Source: Azolla caroliniana (taxonomy: Eukaryota; Plantae; Polypodiophyta). From it: DNA of 64,000 nucleotides. Shown piece after piece: positions 36,141 to 47,207 of this stretch; positions within the stretch are counted from its first letter, which is position 1; every line of letters starts with the position of its first letter. The notes beneath the pieces are model-generated. The model was not told the DNA's origin and did no database searches. It was given only the letters and a program-made list of their open reading frames with translations. The DNA is taken from the NCBI GenBank assembly GCA_043228905.1, contig JBHGNT010000155.1:337-64336 (forward strand), in the 5' to 3' direction. A program made the translations under genes and the position numbers.

Positions 36141-39000
36141 AGCTGTACGATAGAATCGAAACCGAAGAAACCTTGTATGATAGGTAGAAAAATTTGCTTC
36201 TCCAACAACGGAGGGTGTATGATAGTCGGCATCGTTGGCCGAGAAAAGGCAAGGGCGGAGGAGCGACTTCGAGCGTGCGGAGTTCTCGGCCCGGACGAGG
36301 AAATCAGCGGAGCCGTGGAGGCGGTCTCCTTCGACGACACCTTGGGGATGTTGAGGAAGGTAGCCGGAGAAGACCTTAACGAAGACCGGACGATACCGGT
36401 ATGTTCCGAAGAGATGTACGAAGTCATCGCGAACTTCAGTCAGGGGCTCGGGTCGGATCGGACGGCCCGAGTTAGCACGAAGTACAAGACTGTGGACCGG
36501 AAGGTAAGGCCAGTCGCGGCACCCTTACCGGAGGGCAGCGAGTCCTGAATCAGAGGGGTTGCGTCGGACCCCAGTTTACGAGATCCGTTCTGCATAGGAC
36601 ACACCTTCACCGACGGGACGCTCCGGGAGCTCAAGATCGGTGGGGGCGGATTCCTACTGCCGGCGGAAGAAGACCGGTTTCGGAGAATGCTCGGAAGGCA
36701 CGGGAAAGCCTTCGCATTCTCATCGGATGAGATCAGGTGCGTAGACCCGACAATCGTGGAGCCGATGGTGATATTCACGGTACCGCATGTGCCGTGGAAT
36801 CTCAAGCTGATTCCAGTACCGAGAGCTCACATCCCGAAGTTGATGGAGCTATTAAGGCAGAAAGTCAGTATGGGCATTCTCGAACCGTCGAGTGCCCCAT
36901 ACTCGAACCGATGGTTTACCGTACCGAAGAAAAACGGAACATTGCGCTTCATTCAAGACCTGCAGCCGGTCAACAGAGTGACCATTCGGAACGCAAGAAT
37001 CGGACCGACCATAGACGAGTTCGCGGAGGCCTTTGCCGGAAGGTCGATTTATTCGGTCGGTGATCTGTACTCAGGGTACGACCAGTTCCAGCTAGCCGTG
37101 GAGAGCAGAGACATTACGACGATGCGAACTCCCCTCGGCCTAGTGCGAATGTGTACCCTGCCAAAAGGAGGGACCAACTCGGTGGCCCACATGGTGAATG
37201 CGATGAACAAGGTACTGAGGGATTGCATCCCGGACATCACCATGTCGTTTCTAGACGACATCCCGATCAAAGGGTGCCCGGTGGAAGAGAAGGATGGGAC
37301 ACTCGGGCCGGACAGATGCCGGCGGTTCGTGGCGACACACATCGACGACTGTGAGAAGGTGCTACAAAGGTTAGAGGATGCGAGGCTCACCTTCTCCGGG
37401 GAGAAATCGGCCTTCGGGCAATCAGAAATCCTGGTGGTCAGACACTTGTGTGGACCCTATGGCCGGAAGCCGTCTCCGGCAAAAGTAGAAGCCATCTTCG
37501 CAATGAAGACCGACTGTAGCTCGGTTACGGAGGTTCGGAGGTTCCTGGGGGCATGCGCATTCTACCACATATGGATCCCGCATTACGCCCACGTTGCGGA
37601 ACCACTATACGGGTTGCTGAAGAAGGGGCGAAAATTCGAGTGGCGAGACGAGCACACGGAGTCGGTCCAGAAGCTGAAGGAAGCTCTTGCGGCAGCACTG
37701 GCGCTCCGGAAGGCTGTCTACGAGAAGGGTACCCCAGTATACATAACGGTGGATACGAGCCCGACCGGGATCGGATGGGTCGTCAACCAAGAAAACGAGG
37801 ACGGCATTCGGTTCCCGATCCGATTCGGCGCGAAGGTCCTCAGTGAGCGACAACGAGGGTACGCCCAGGTTAAACGCGAACTCTGGGGTATCATTTCGGC
37901 AGTAAAGGTCGACAAAGACTACCTGATCGGGACAGAAGTGATTATCGAGACGGATTGCCTGCCAATTCTCGGCATGGTTTCCGGATGCGCGACACCGGAC
38001 CTGGCGATGCTCAGGTGGATAGCGTACATCAAGTCCCTGGACCCGGAAATACGACACATTTCCGGAAAGGACAACGCCATGGCCGACATGCTTTCGAGGG
38101 CGAGGTTTGATGACGAGGGCGGCATGGTTTCAGAGGACGAAGAAGTCGGCGTGGACTTCTTCGAGGCGGCGTACGTGACGACCGATGGGACGAGCACTCC
38201 GGCACTTAACGGCTTCGACGAGAGCAAGTACGATGGCGAGTGGCTAAAGATCGGTGGGTTTTTGAGGACAATGATGCCGGATGCGTCATGGACGAGGGAC
38301 GAGGCCAACCGGATCCGGAAGAAAGCATACCGATTCTTTCTCCGGGACGGATACTTATGGAAGCACCCGAAGAAGAAGAACGACGTCCCGCTTCGGGTGA
38401 TGGCAATAAAGGAAGAACAGGAGGAGCTGCTGACGGCCTACCACGACAGCCCTTGGGCTGGACACCGTGGAACGTGGGCCACGTTCGAGAAGATAAAGGG
38501 GAAGTACTGGTGGCCGGGACTGTACCGGGACGTGCATCGGTTCGTGACAACTTGCGAGAGCTGTCAGATGCACTCCATAGCCCAACATCAGGACGAGCTA
38601 CACCCTACGTACCCTCCGACCATCCACTTCAAATGGATGGTAGATCTGGTGACGATGCCGATGGGAGTAGGACAGATGCGGTATCTGGTCCTGGCTCAGG
38701 AGGATCTGACGAACCAGGTGGAAGGCCGAGCCCTTCAGAACAAAACGACCGCGGCCGTATGTCGGTTCCTGATCGAGGACGTGATATGCCGGTACGGGTG
38801 CGTCGGGAAGATCGTGGCTGATCGCGGTGAGTTGGACGCCGAAGAGGCCGAGGAGCTGTTCGACCGGCTAGAAGTCAAGCTCTCGCTTACCACTGCATAC
38901 AATCCGGAGGCGAATGGGAAGGTGGAGCGTGGACACGGACCGATCGTCAAGGCGTTAGTTCGGGCATGCGGAGGGCAAGTCGGGAATTGGCCAGGGTTGC
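36081..39000 (+). pseudogene. pol: E1 pol (RT-RNase H-integrase), one stop at 36546, 3'-truncated
   Basis: ORFs 36177-36548 and 36687-39014 are in the same frame. Confidence 0.9.
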
Positions 39001-40961
39001 TGTTAATCGGCTAATTACTAACTACTACCGATACAGAAGAGTGAACGTCGCTACTCAACGTTCTAACAAGGAATTGTGTTTTACGAACAGAAATATACTA
39101 TATTAATCGGTAATTACCGTGATCGTTACTTAGTTATAAATTAGGAAGATTGCACTTAACAAAATAGACAATAGAAAGAACACAGAATCTGTACATGATA
39201 TTCCTAACTTAAACTTATATTACTAAATAAACGACCTTTCTTACAATGCCTTCGGTTCCCTTTTATAGGTATACCGAAGGTCTTTTCTCATCAAGAACTA
39301 TTCCTACTTACTATCAAGAATTACAAAATTATCTAACTAACTTAGTTCTCTTCGTTCACTGCTGAGTCATCGATCCGAACAGTCGATCCGAACCGACTCC
39401 GTTTTCGACGCTTTCCCACTTGTTCGGTAAAACTGACTGTCCGGGTCCGGGTAACACTTGGCACGTCCGTGGGCCAGGACCTTGTCCAGCGAACCCACGC
39501 CTATTCCTGTAGCTCTTCATCCGAATCGTTCAGAATATAAAAAATCGAAGGCTCTTCTGGCCTTGGATGTATTCCATCTATATCTTCCTCTTCCTCTTCA
39601 TCTTCATCTGCGTCACAGTCGTCATTCGGAGCAGGTTTTGAATGTTGTGATTCGGTTGGCTGCTCTGGTTCACTTCTTCCGGGAGCTTGAAGACCAGGAG
39701 TCTTGCTGGTTCTTTCGGCTTCGATTTTATCCAACTGGACGGAAGTGCCTATATCATTTTTGTCAAATTCTTGCATAATACGTTGAATTTCTTCTCTGTA
39801 AAATGCCGCAATTTCGTCCATATCTTTCATGATATCCTCTTGGATATTGTCAATATCCTTTTGTGCCATTTTAAAAAAACCTGCACCTTGGACCTGACGG
39901 TTATTTTTGTCGGCACGCAATAACTGTAATTCCGCCGCTTGTGCCATCCATAACTTCCATCCTTGCGCAAGGGATTCGTCGATCATTTTCTTTGCTAGGT
40001 TTCGATGTTTCCCTATGATGTGCTGCACTTTGTCCTTAGTGATGCTTGCGTCGAATTGAGCGGCTTGCAACTCTTTCCGTAAATCTGTAATGGTGGCTCG
40101 GTTTTCACTTTCAGCCTGCATTAGTTTGGATTCGACTACATATATCTCCAGCCGCCTTTGTTCCGATATCTTCCGGATTTCGTTCAGTTGTTGTTCGAAT
40201 GCCAATTTCTCTTTGCTCCATTCCTCCTGTTGTTCCGTAATTCTTCTGTTGACTTCTTCAAGACTCCGCTCTTTTTCTGTCAATTGACTTTCCTGTGACA
40301 CTATATACCTTTCGAATTCCTCAATTTGTTCGGTATATGTATGACTGGCCGTCTTAGCTTCTTCCATATTTTTCTGTAATTCTTTTATTAATTGATTTTT
40401 TTCTTCGAGAACTTTGTATTGGCCATTCTGAATGGTTTCTATTTGTTTTTCTAATTCTGTAGTTCGAAATACAGCATTGTTAGCTCTTGTTGTTTCTGCT
40501 TGACGTGCTTTCTCAGCGTCCTCCAATTTCTGCTGCCATTCTGACTCCGACGCCATAGGTCGTGCCTGTGTTTCCCATTTGTTTAGACTTTCTTTTAGTT
40601 CTTTATTTTCTGTCTGTATGTTACAAAACTGACGTTTCAGCACCTCCGCCGATGCTGATACACTTTTGTATCTTTCAGCCATATCACTGGCTGCTTTGCG
40701 TGACTTTTCATATTCTCTATGAATTTCAACCAGTGCTTCATGTAATGGTGGCATTTCAATAGCCTCCCCTCTATTCTGTGCATTTCTTTTCCGGCCGATT
40801 TTCTCCATCTTTGCTTTTTCTTGAGGTTCCAACACTCCTCGTAAGGACTTCTGTATCATTATTCGGTCATGATGTTCTTGAGCCAGCCGTTCTGATACTT
40901 CTGTCAATCTTCTAGCCAACCATTCAACCAGTTCGTATGAAGTTCCGAACTGTAAAATGGC
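39001..40961 (-). mobile_element. 3' fragment of gypsy-like element F (LTR plus coiled-coil accessory ORF)
   Basis: LTR 39001-39456 (TGTTA..TAACA) with minus-strand TATA CCTATAAAAGGG. The ORF and the pre-LTR motif are homologous to element G. Confidence 0.8.
39501..40961 (-). CDS. C-terminal ~485 aa of F accessory protein (long coiled coil plus AAELQLLRAD domain)
   Basis: Open frame with E/K/Q-rich heptads and an acidic tail. The N-terminus was lost at the junction with E2. Confidence 0.7.
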   Translation of the reverse strand, partial: AILQFGTSYELVEWLARRLTEVSERLAQEHHDRIMIQKSLRGVLEPQEKAKMEKIGRKRNAQNRGEAIEMPPLHEALVEIHREYEKSRKAASDMAERYKSVSASAEVLKRQFCNIQTENKELKESLNKWETQARPMASESEWQQKLEDAEKARQAETTRANNAVFRTTELEKQIETIQNGQYKVLEEKNQLIKELQKNMEEAKTASHTYTEQIEEFERYIVSQESQLTEKERSLEEVNRRITEQQEEWSKEKLAFEQQLNEIRKISEQRRLEIYVVESKLMQAESENRATITDLRKELQAAQFDASITKDKVQHIIGKHRNLAKKMIDESLAQGWKLWMAQAAELQLLRADKNNRQVQGAGFFKMAQKDIDNIQEDIMKDMDEIAAFYREEIQRIMQEFDKNDIGTSVQLDKIEAERTSKTPGLQAPGRSEPEQPTESQHSKPAPNDDCDADEDEEEEEDIDGIHPRPEEPSIFYILNDSDEELQE

Positions 40962-42253
40962 AGCCTCGCATCCTCTAGCCTTTGCAGCACCTTCTCGCAG
41001 TCGTCGATGTGCGTCACCACGAATCGCCGGCATCCGTCCGGCCCGATCGTCTCGTCCTTCTCTTCTACCGGGCATCCCTTGATCGGGATGTCGTCTAGAA
41101 ACGGCATGGTGATGTCCGGGATGCAGTCCCTCAGCACCTTGTTCATTGCATTCACCATGTGGGCCACCGAGTTGGTCCCTCCTTGCGGCAGCGTACACAT
41201 CCGCACTAGGCCGAGGGGAGTTCGCATCGTCGTAATGTCTCTGCTCTCCACGGCTAGCTGGAACTGGTCGTACCCTGAGTATAGATCACCGACCGAGTAA
41301 ATCGACCTTCCGACGAAGGCCTCCGCGAACTCGTCTATGGTCGGTCCGATCCCTGCGTTCCGAATGGTCACTCTATTGACCGGCTGCAGGTCCTGAATGA
41401 AGCGCAACGATCCGTTTTTCTTTGGTACGGTAAACCATCGGTTTGAATACGGGGCGCTCGACGGCTCGAGAATGCCCATATCAACTTTCTGCTTCAACAG
41501 CTCCATCAACTTCGGGATGTGAGCTCTCGGAACCGGAATTGGCTTGAGATTCCACGGTACATGCGGTACCGTGAATATCACCATCGGCTCTACGATCGTC
41601 GGGTTTACGCACCCGATTTCCTCCGGTGAGAATGCGAAGGCTTTCCCGTGCCTTCCGAGCATTCTCCGAAACCGGTCTTCCTCCGCCGGCAGTAGGAACC
41701 CGCCCCCACCGATCTTCAGCTCGCGGAGCGTCTCGTTGGTGAAGGTGTGTCCTATGCAGGCCGGATCTCGTAAGCTGGGGTCCGATGCAACCCCTTTGAT
41801 TCGGGATTCGCTGCCCTCCGGTAAGGGCGCCGCAATTGGCCTCACCTTCCGGTCCACAGTCTTGTACTTGGTGCTAACTCGGGCCGTCCGTTCCGACTCG
41901 AGCCCTCGACCGAAGTCCGCGATGACTTCGTACATTTCTTCGGAACATACCGGTATCGTCCGGTCTTCGTTAAGGTCTCCTTCGACTACCTTCCCCAGCA
42001 TTCCCAAGGTGTCGTCGAAGGAGACTGCCTCCACGGCTCCGTTGATTTCTTCGTCAGGGCCGAGAACTCCGCACGCTCGAAGTCTCCCCTCCGTCTTTGT
42101 TTTCTCTCGGCCGGCGATGCCGACCATCGTACATGCTCCGCTGTCGGAGAAGCAAAATTTCCTACCTATTGTACACGGTTTTATCGTACAGATGTGGGGT
42201 TTTCCCGGAGCATCCGGACTGTCGCGGCCCCACGCCTTGGCAGTCCTCTCTAA
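40962..42253 (-). pseudogene. pol: E2 pol (RT), truncated
   Basis: FLDDIPIKG RT motif. Similarity to E1 ends at ...RLEDARL. Confidence 0.9.
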
Positions 42254-44385
42254 AAATCCTCTCGGTTTTCGGAACCGAGGGAGTCGCGGTTACGTTCGTG
42301 GTTCGGCCGTACCGTCAGAAACTGGACCGAATGGCGCCCGTCTTGGTTTTTGACCCTCGCGTAGGCCGAACCATTGTCCAGCACCTTGGTCTCCATTCGC
42401 GCCGCCGTGATGTACGGCTCTCCCAGTATGACCGGATGCGAAGACGTCTCCTGCACGAAGAAGTGCTGGTCAATCTCGACGTCGCCGATCTTGACTCGCA
42501 CATTCGGACAGGCCCCGTGCAGTTCCTCGGTGGCGCGCGTTGCTGCCCTTATTTTCCACCTGTGCTTGGTGTTGATCGGCCATTTGCCCTTCTTATAGAA
42601 GTCCATGGACATCAAATTGATCTCCGATCCGTGGTCCACCAAAGCTATCACCGGTTCCTGGACATCGCCGATCTTCACCGGGGTTTCCGTGGTCGCTCGG
42701 GCCCAGTGTGGTCTCGAATAGTGGCTTTCCGCCCACTCGTCTCCCAGCGCCATGTCGTCTAGGTGCATCGTCCGCACTTCCACCGGTCTTTCCGGTTCTG
42801 TCTCCGTTGACAGCCTCTTCCGTTTCACCAAGTCCACGATGGAGTCGTGGAACTCCTTCTTGGCGATTCCCAGCACCTCTCGTAACGACAGCTCCACCTT
42901 GCTGTCGAGGATCCGTTCCTCCAGGACCTTTTGTAAGTCCGTGGTCCTTTCTATCTCCGTCCCCAGACGGTACCCGCCCTTCTGGGGTTTATCTTGCGTA
43001 CCGGCCCCGCCGGCTTCGTCCCGTCGTGGCCCGGACCGAGTCTCGTATCGTTGTGAGGGCCCGGTCGTCCCGGTCGTCCCGGGTTTCCCCACCCGCTTCT
43101 CTTCTACCAGAGCCTCGTAGTTCTGGCAAGCGGCTTCCACGAAGCCCGTCTTTTCCTCGACCGGGTCGCTCCACCCGGTCATCTCCCGTACCCGTTTCTC
43201 CGCACGGTCCGATTCCTCCCTTTTAAGCCTTGCACCGGCAAGGCCTTCCAGCATCGTCGGCCAGAATCCGGCTTTGCTTTCCCTTCGGGCCTCACCGCCC
43301 CCGACTCGAATGCCGGCCGACGCCGAGTAGTGGACGGTTTCCGCGTGTCGGGCCGCCGCCTCTTCCATCAACCTTTTCATACCACCTCGCCCGTCGTTTC
43401 GGCTCAGGGCCCTCCGGGTGTCGCTGGCATGCACCCGTCCTTCCCACAGGTACACCACCCTGTTCCTCAGCGCCTCCGCGAAGTCGCCGCAGTCCTTCCG
43501 AATGTGGCCGACTTCATCGCACCACATGCACCTGTTTCCTGCCGCCGGCCGTCGGTCACGAGCCGGTTCGCCACCTTCCCTTCGGGCTTGCGCGATTTGG
43601 AGGTCCTTTATCGCCCTCGTCAATTCCTCCAGCGCCGCTCCTCCGGTTGAGCCTCTGACTACGCGGGTCGAAGCCGAACCGGTTTCCAACCACTCTCGGG
43701 TCTCTTCCTTTCGCACCTGTGGCGCTGGTTCGAGCTTCCTTGCTGCGACCGAGCCCGACCCGGTTGCCCCGTTATCCGCCCATTCTCGCCGTTTGTTGAA
43801 ACGGCCACAGACTTTCTTGACAGCCGCCCAGTCGGTAGTGAGCCCGTCTTCGGTTTCCAGCAAGAGGCCCACTTGCTCCCGATCCCGCTCGTCGACCGAC
43901 TTGACAAACAGCAAGACCCGACTCGTGTCCAGGATGGTTCGGTCGAGCGCCGAAAGGCGCGCAAAGTTTTCCTCGAACTCCCGGAGGAGTGCCGACGCGT
44001 TTCTTCCCTTCCCCGGGGACTCCACCCATTCCATGAACCTTCGCTTCGAAAGCCGGAGCGCGTCGTCCAGCCCGTATTTCTCTAGGAGCCGACCTTCGAA
44101 CTCCTCCCAGGTACGGCTCTCCGCCCGCACCTCGAGCACCTCCGCATGGATGCTCGGCATCGCCACTCGGGGAAATCCGGCAAGACGCCTTTCTTCCGGA
44201 ATGTCCCGCATCAGCATCTCTGCACCGTAGGACGCCAAATACTTCGTGGCATCCTTCCCATCGAACCGGCCGATCGTGCCGACGACCGCCTCAATGGCTC
44301 TGTCGAGGGCACCGGTGCCCTCGCGCGCGTTTACAATCCGATCCACGGCCGAAGCCATGGCCTCTGCAAGATCCGACCCCCTCAT
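42250..44385 (-). CDS. gag: E2 gag-protease polyprotein, intact
   Basis: Open 711-aa frame from the first ATG, with a CX2CX4HX4C knuckle and an LVDHGSE aspartic protease. Confidence 0.9.
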   Translation of the reverse strand: MRGSDLAEAMASAVDRIVNAREGTGALDRAIEAVVGTIGRFDGKDATKYLASYGAEMLMRDIPEERRLAGFPRVAMPSIHAEVLEVRAESRTWEEFEGRLLEKYGLDDALRLSKRRFMEWVESPGKGRNASALLREFEENFARLSALDRTILDTSRVLLFVKSVDERDREQVGLLLETEDGLTTDWAAVKKVCGRFNKRREWADNGATGSGSVAARKLEPAPQVRKEETREWLETGSASTRVVRGSTGGAALEELTRAIKDLQIAQARREGGEPARDRRPAAGNRCMWCDEVGHIRKDCGDFAEALRNRVVYLWEGRVHASDTRRALSRNDGRGGMKRLMEEAAARHAETVHYSASAGIRVGGGEARRESKAGFWPTMLEGLAGARLKREESDRAEKRVREMTGWSDPVEEKTGFVEAACQNYEALVEEKRVGKPGTTGTTGPSQRYETRSGPRRDEAGGAGTQDKPQKGGYRLGTEIERTTDLQKVLEERILDSKVELSLREVLGIAKKEFHDSIVDLVKRKRLSTETEPERPVEVRTMHLDDMALGDEWAESHYSRPHWARATTETPVKIGDVQEPVIALVDHGSEINLMSMDFYKKGKWPINTKHRWKIRAATRATEELHGACPNVRVKIGDVEIDQHFFVQETSSHPVILGEPYITAARMETKVLDNGSAYARVKNQDGRHSVQFLTVRPNHERNRDSLGSENREDF

Positions 44386-45221
44386 CTTCTGCTCTTCTGC
44401 CGCCTCCTTCACGTCGGGTTCACCAAAGATGTCGAGATATTACGCAAGTGCGTGTGGAAACGAGGCGGGACCGCGGGGGTCTCGAACCAAAGAGCAAGCG
44501 AGGGAGGAGAAAGAGAGAGAACCGGCTACGCAGGACCGGGGATACACAGGGACACGGCCCTTCAGCACGGAGAACGCGAACAGACACCGACACAGACAGA
44601 TGCGAATGACTAAATATGTATATTAACAAAATGGCTAACACGACTACAACCCTCGATGGGGCACAGGTTGGCTACAACCGAACAGGCCGGCGAACAGATG
44701 CCGATGCTTGTTCGCTTCGACGCACAAAGGGGTAGCAGGTCGGAGGTGCTGCCGGAAGCACTCGAGCGTTCCTCGAAACAGCGCGAGCCTCCTCGGAACC
44801 CTGCAAAGAAAAGCTATGGAGCTCAAGAAGGAAGGAAACAGAGAGAGAAGCGTCCAGAAACGGTCCGACAGCACTTCGTCCTCTCTGCGCGAGATGCCTG
44901 CAACAGCTCTTTCCTGCTCCTTATATAGGCCGACGAGCAGGCCGTCCTGTCAGCTTTATTCCCTGTCCCTTTTGGACAGGGATCCGCTCCGTTCTTCACG
45001 CATCCGCGTAGTTACGCCGCCGACTCGTACAGTTCCTTAGCTCGCGCGCGCGACCGAAAAGACTGTTCGCGCGGTCTTTGTCTCCACTTGTGTTAGGGCC
45101 CGTTCCTGCCGATTATCCTCCTAATTCGCTTCTATGTACAACTTGGAGCGTGCGCGCGTGAAGAACCGGTTCCCACGCCTTGGTGCGCCGATTCCGCCTA
45201 TGGACGGTTTTCTTCACGACA

Positions 45222-47207
45222 CCGTTGCATGCCACCGTACATCGGACACCATTCTAGTGGACCGACACCGAGGATAGGGTGTATAGGGCCCTCAAGGTGA
45301 TATTGTCGCAAGCACCAGTAGTGCAGCCTCCGAATTGGAGTAAAGAATTTCACGTGTTCGTGGACGCCTCCGACATCGCAATCGGAAGCGTACTGATGCA
45401 GCTTACGGAACCAAAGTGGTACCGGCCAGTGTACTATGCCAGCCGAAAGCTATCCCAAGCAGAACGGAACTACTCTACCACGGAACGGGAAGCTCTAGGG
45501 ATGATCTATAGTGTGACAAAGTTTCGGCATTATTTATTGGGAAGGAAGTTTTCCTTCCATGTAGATCATTCGGCACTCCTTTACCTGGTGTCCAAAGCAT
45601 CACTCACTAGCAAATTGGCCCGGTGGACCTTACTGTTACAGGAATTCGAGTTTGAAATATTCCACCGACCCGGTATACAGCATGCCGTGGTGGATTACTT
45701 AAGCCGATTAGAGTCCGGAGAGACGGGTGACGGAGTAGCGGATGAGTTTCCGGATGCGGAGCTGTTTCGAGTCACTACGGAGACGACAACAGATGAGACG
45801 GTGGCCCAGGAAGACAAGTGGCTCACAAATATGCACCAGTTTTTGAGCACAGGACTGCCTACGAAAGAGATGAACCGGGACGAACGAAAACGCCTAGCGG
45901 TGCAAAGCCGACATTTCTGCTTACTGCAAGACACACTTTACCACAAGGGCGCGGACGGCATATGGAGACGGGTTGTGTGCAGCGATGAAAAGGACCTCAT
46001 ACTGAGGGATGCCCACTGCGGAGTTGCCGGAGGTCACTATGCCGGAGATGCGACAACCAGGAAAATATGGCAAAGTGGCCTATGGTGGCCAACGACATTA
46101 AGAGATGCGGTATGGTACGCAAAAGAATGTGACCTATGCCAGCGAATGGGCCAGCCAACGGAGCAGGCTCGTATGCCACACCAGCCGGTACTACCACTGG
46201 AGCCATTCTAAAAGTGGGGGCTGGACTTTGTTGGACTGTTCAAACCACCGGCAATGAGAACGGGTAATCAGTACGTCATCGTCGCGACGGATTACTGCAC
46301 GAAATGGGTGGAGGCCATAGCTTTAAGGGACAACACCGCTGCGTCAACGGCGAAATTTCTATACGAGTACATCTGGTGCCGTTACAGATGCCCAATTGAA
46401 TTAATAAGCGACCAAGGGGGGCACTTTCTCAGCCAAGTAGTGGAAAGCCTGACGACATTCTATGCCGTTGTCCACAAACGGAGCACACCTTACTATCCGC
46501 AAGCGAACGGTTTAGCGGAATCAACGAACAAGACGCTCCAGAATATCCTCCGGAAGATCGTCAATGAAAACCGAACGGATTGGGATACCAAGCTACGTAG
46601 CGCGCTTTGGGCATACCGGACGGCATACAAGACGAGCATCCGAACAACACCGTTCCGGTTAGCGTTCGGACTAGAGGCGGTAATGCCGGTGGAATTCCAA
46701 GTACCCAGCTTACGGATCCAGCTACGGGAACAGCTGAACGAGAAGGAGTCGGAGGCAATACGGTTAACAACGCTGTGTGAACTCGAGGAACAACGACTGG
46801 CAAGCATCCTGCACTTAGAATTGGAACAACGGCAACGGAAAGCATTTGTCGACCGGCACAGGAAAGGAAACGAAAAAATGTTCGCAATTGGCAAACTGGT
46901 GTTAGTATTTCAGACCTGGATGGGCAAGATGCCGGGTAAACTACGGTTTAGATGGACCGGACCGTATTGGCTAACACGGGAGTATAATGGGTCCTACCAG
47001 TTAGGGACACTTGCCGGCGAAGTGCTAGGCAAATGGGTCAACGGATTCCGATTGAAGCCATATAGAGGACCGATGCCTAAGAACCCATTTGAGCAAAGGA
47101 CCGACACCAGTGAGGGAAACGGCAACCACCAAGACGGCAGAGACGGCGAGCCGGTAACTGGGGAGAATGAGGCCGGTAAGGGTTCGAGAGGACCAACGGA
47201 CAAGTAA
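45222..47207 (+). pseudogene. pol: G pol (RT connection, RNase H, integrase) with two stops
   Basis: ORFs 45279-46211 and 46254-47207 are in the same frame. No chromodomain. Confidence 0.9.

Larger units (their letters stand above)
33291..39000 (+). mobile_element. Ty3/gypsy element E1, 5' part (LTR, tRNA-Trp PBS, gag-PR, RT-RH-INT), cut by the F LTR
   Basis: LTR 33291-33930 (TGTCG..CGACA). Motifs CMWCDEVGHIRKD, ALVDHGSEINLM, FLDD, TDCLP, an HHCC zinc finger and VADRGE. Confidence 0.92.
40962..45221 (-). mobile_element. Ty3/gypsy element E2, 5' part, inverted relative to E1
   Basis: LTR 44430-45221, Trp PBS 44408-44425, intact gag-PR. RT is truncated at 40962. Confidence 0.92.

Noticed and set aside
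39501-41198. 565-aa ORF as a host myosin/SMC-like gene
   Set aside because: The N-terminus is out-of-frame E2 RT sequence. The remainder is homologous to the G accessory ORF and abuts an LTR.
33291-45221. A single element with terminal inverted repeats (TGTCGTGAAGAAAACCGTCC at both ends)
   Set aside because: These are the 5' LTRs of two separate diverged gypsy copies. The flanks (CCCGT versus CCGTT) belong to different host elements, D and G.
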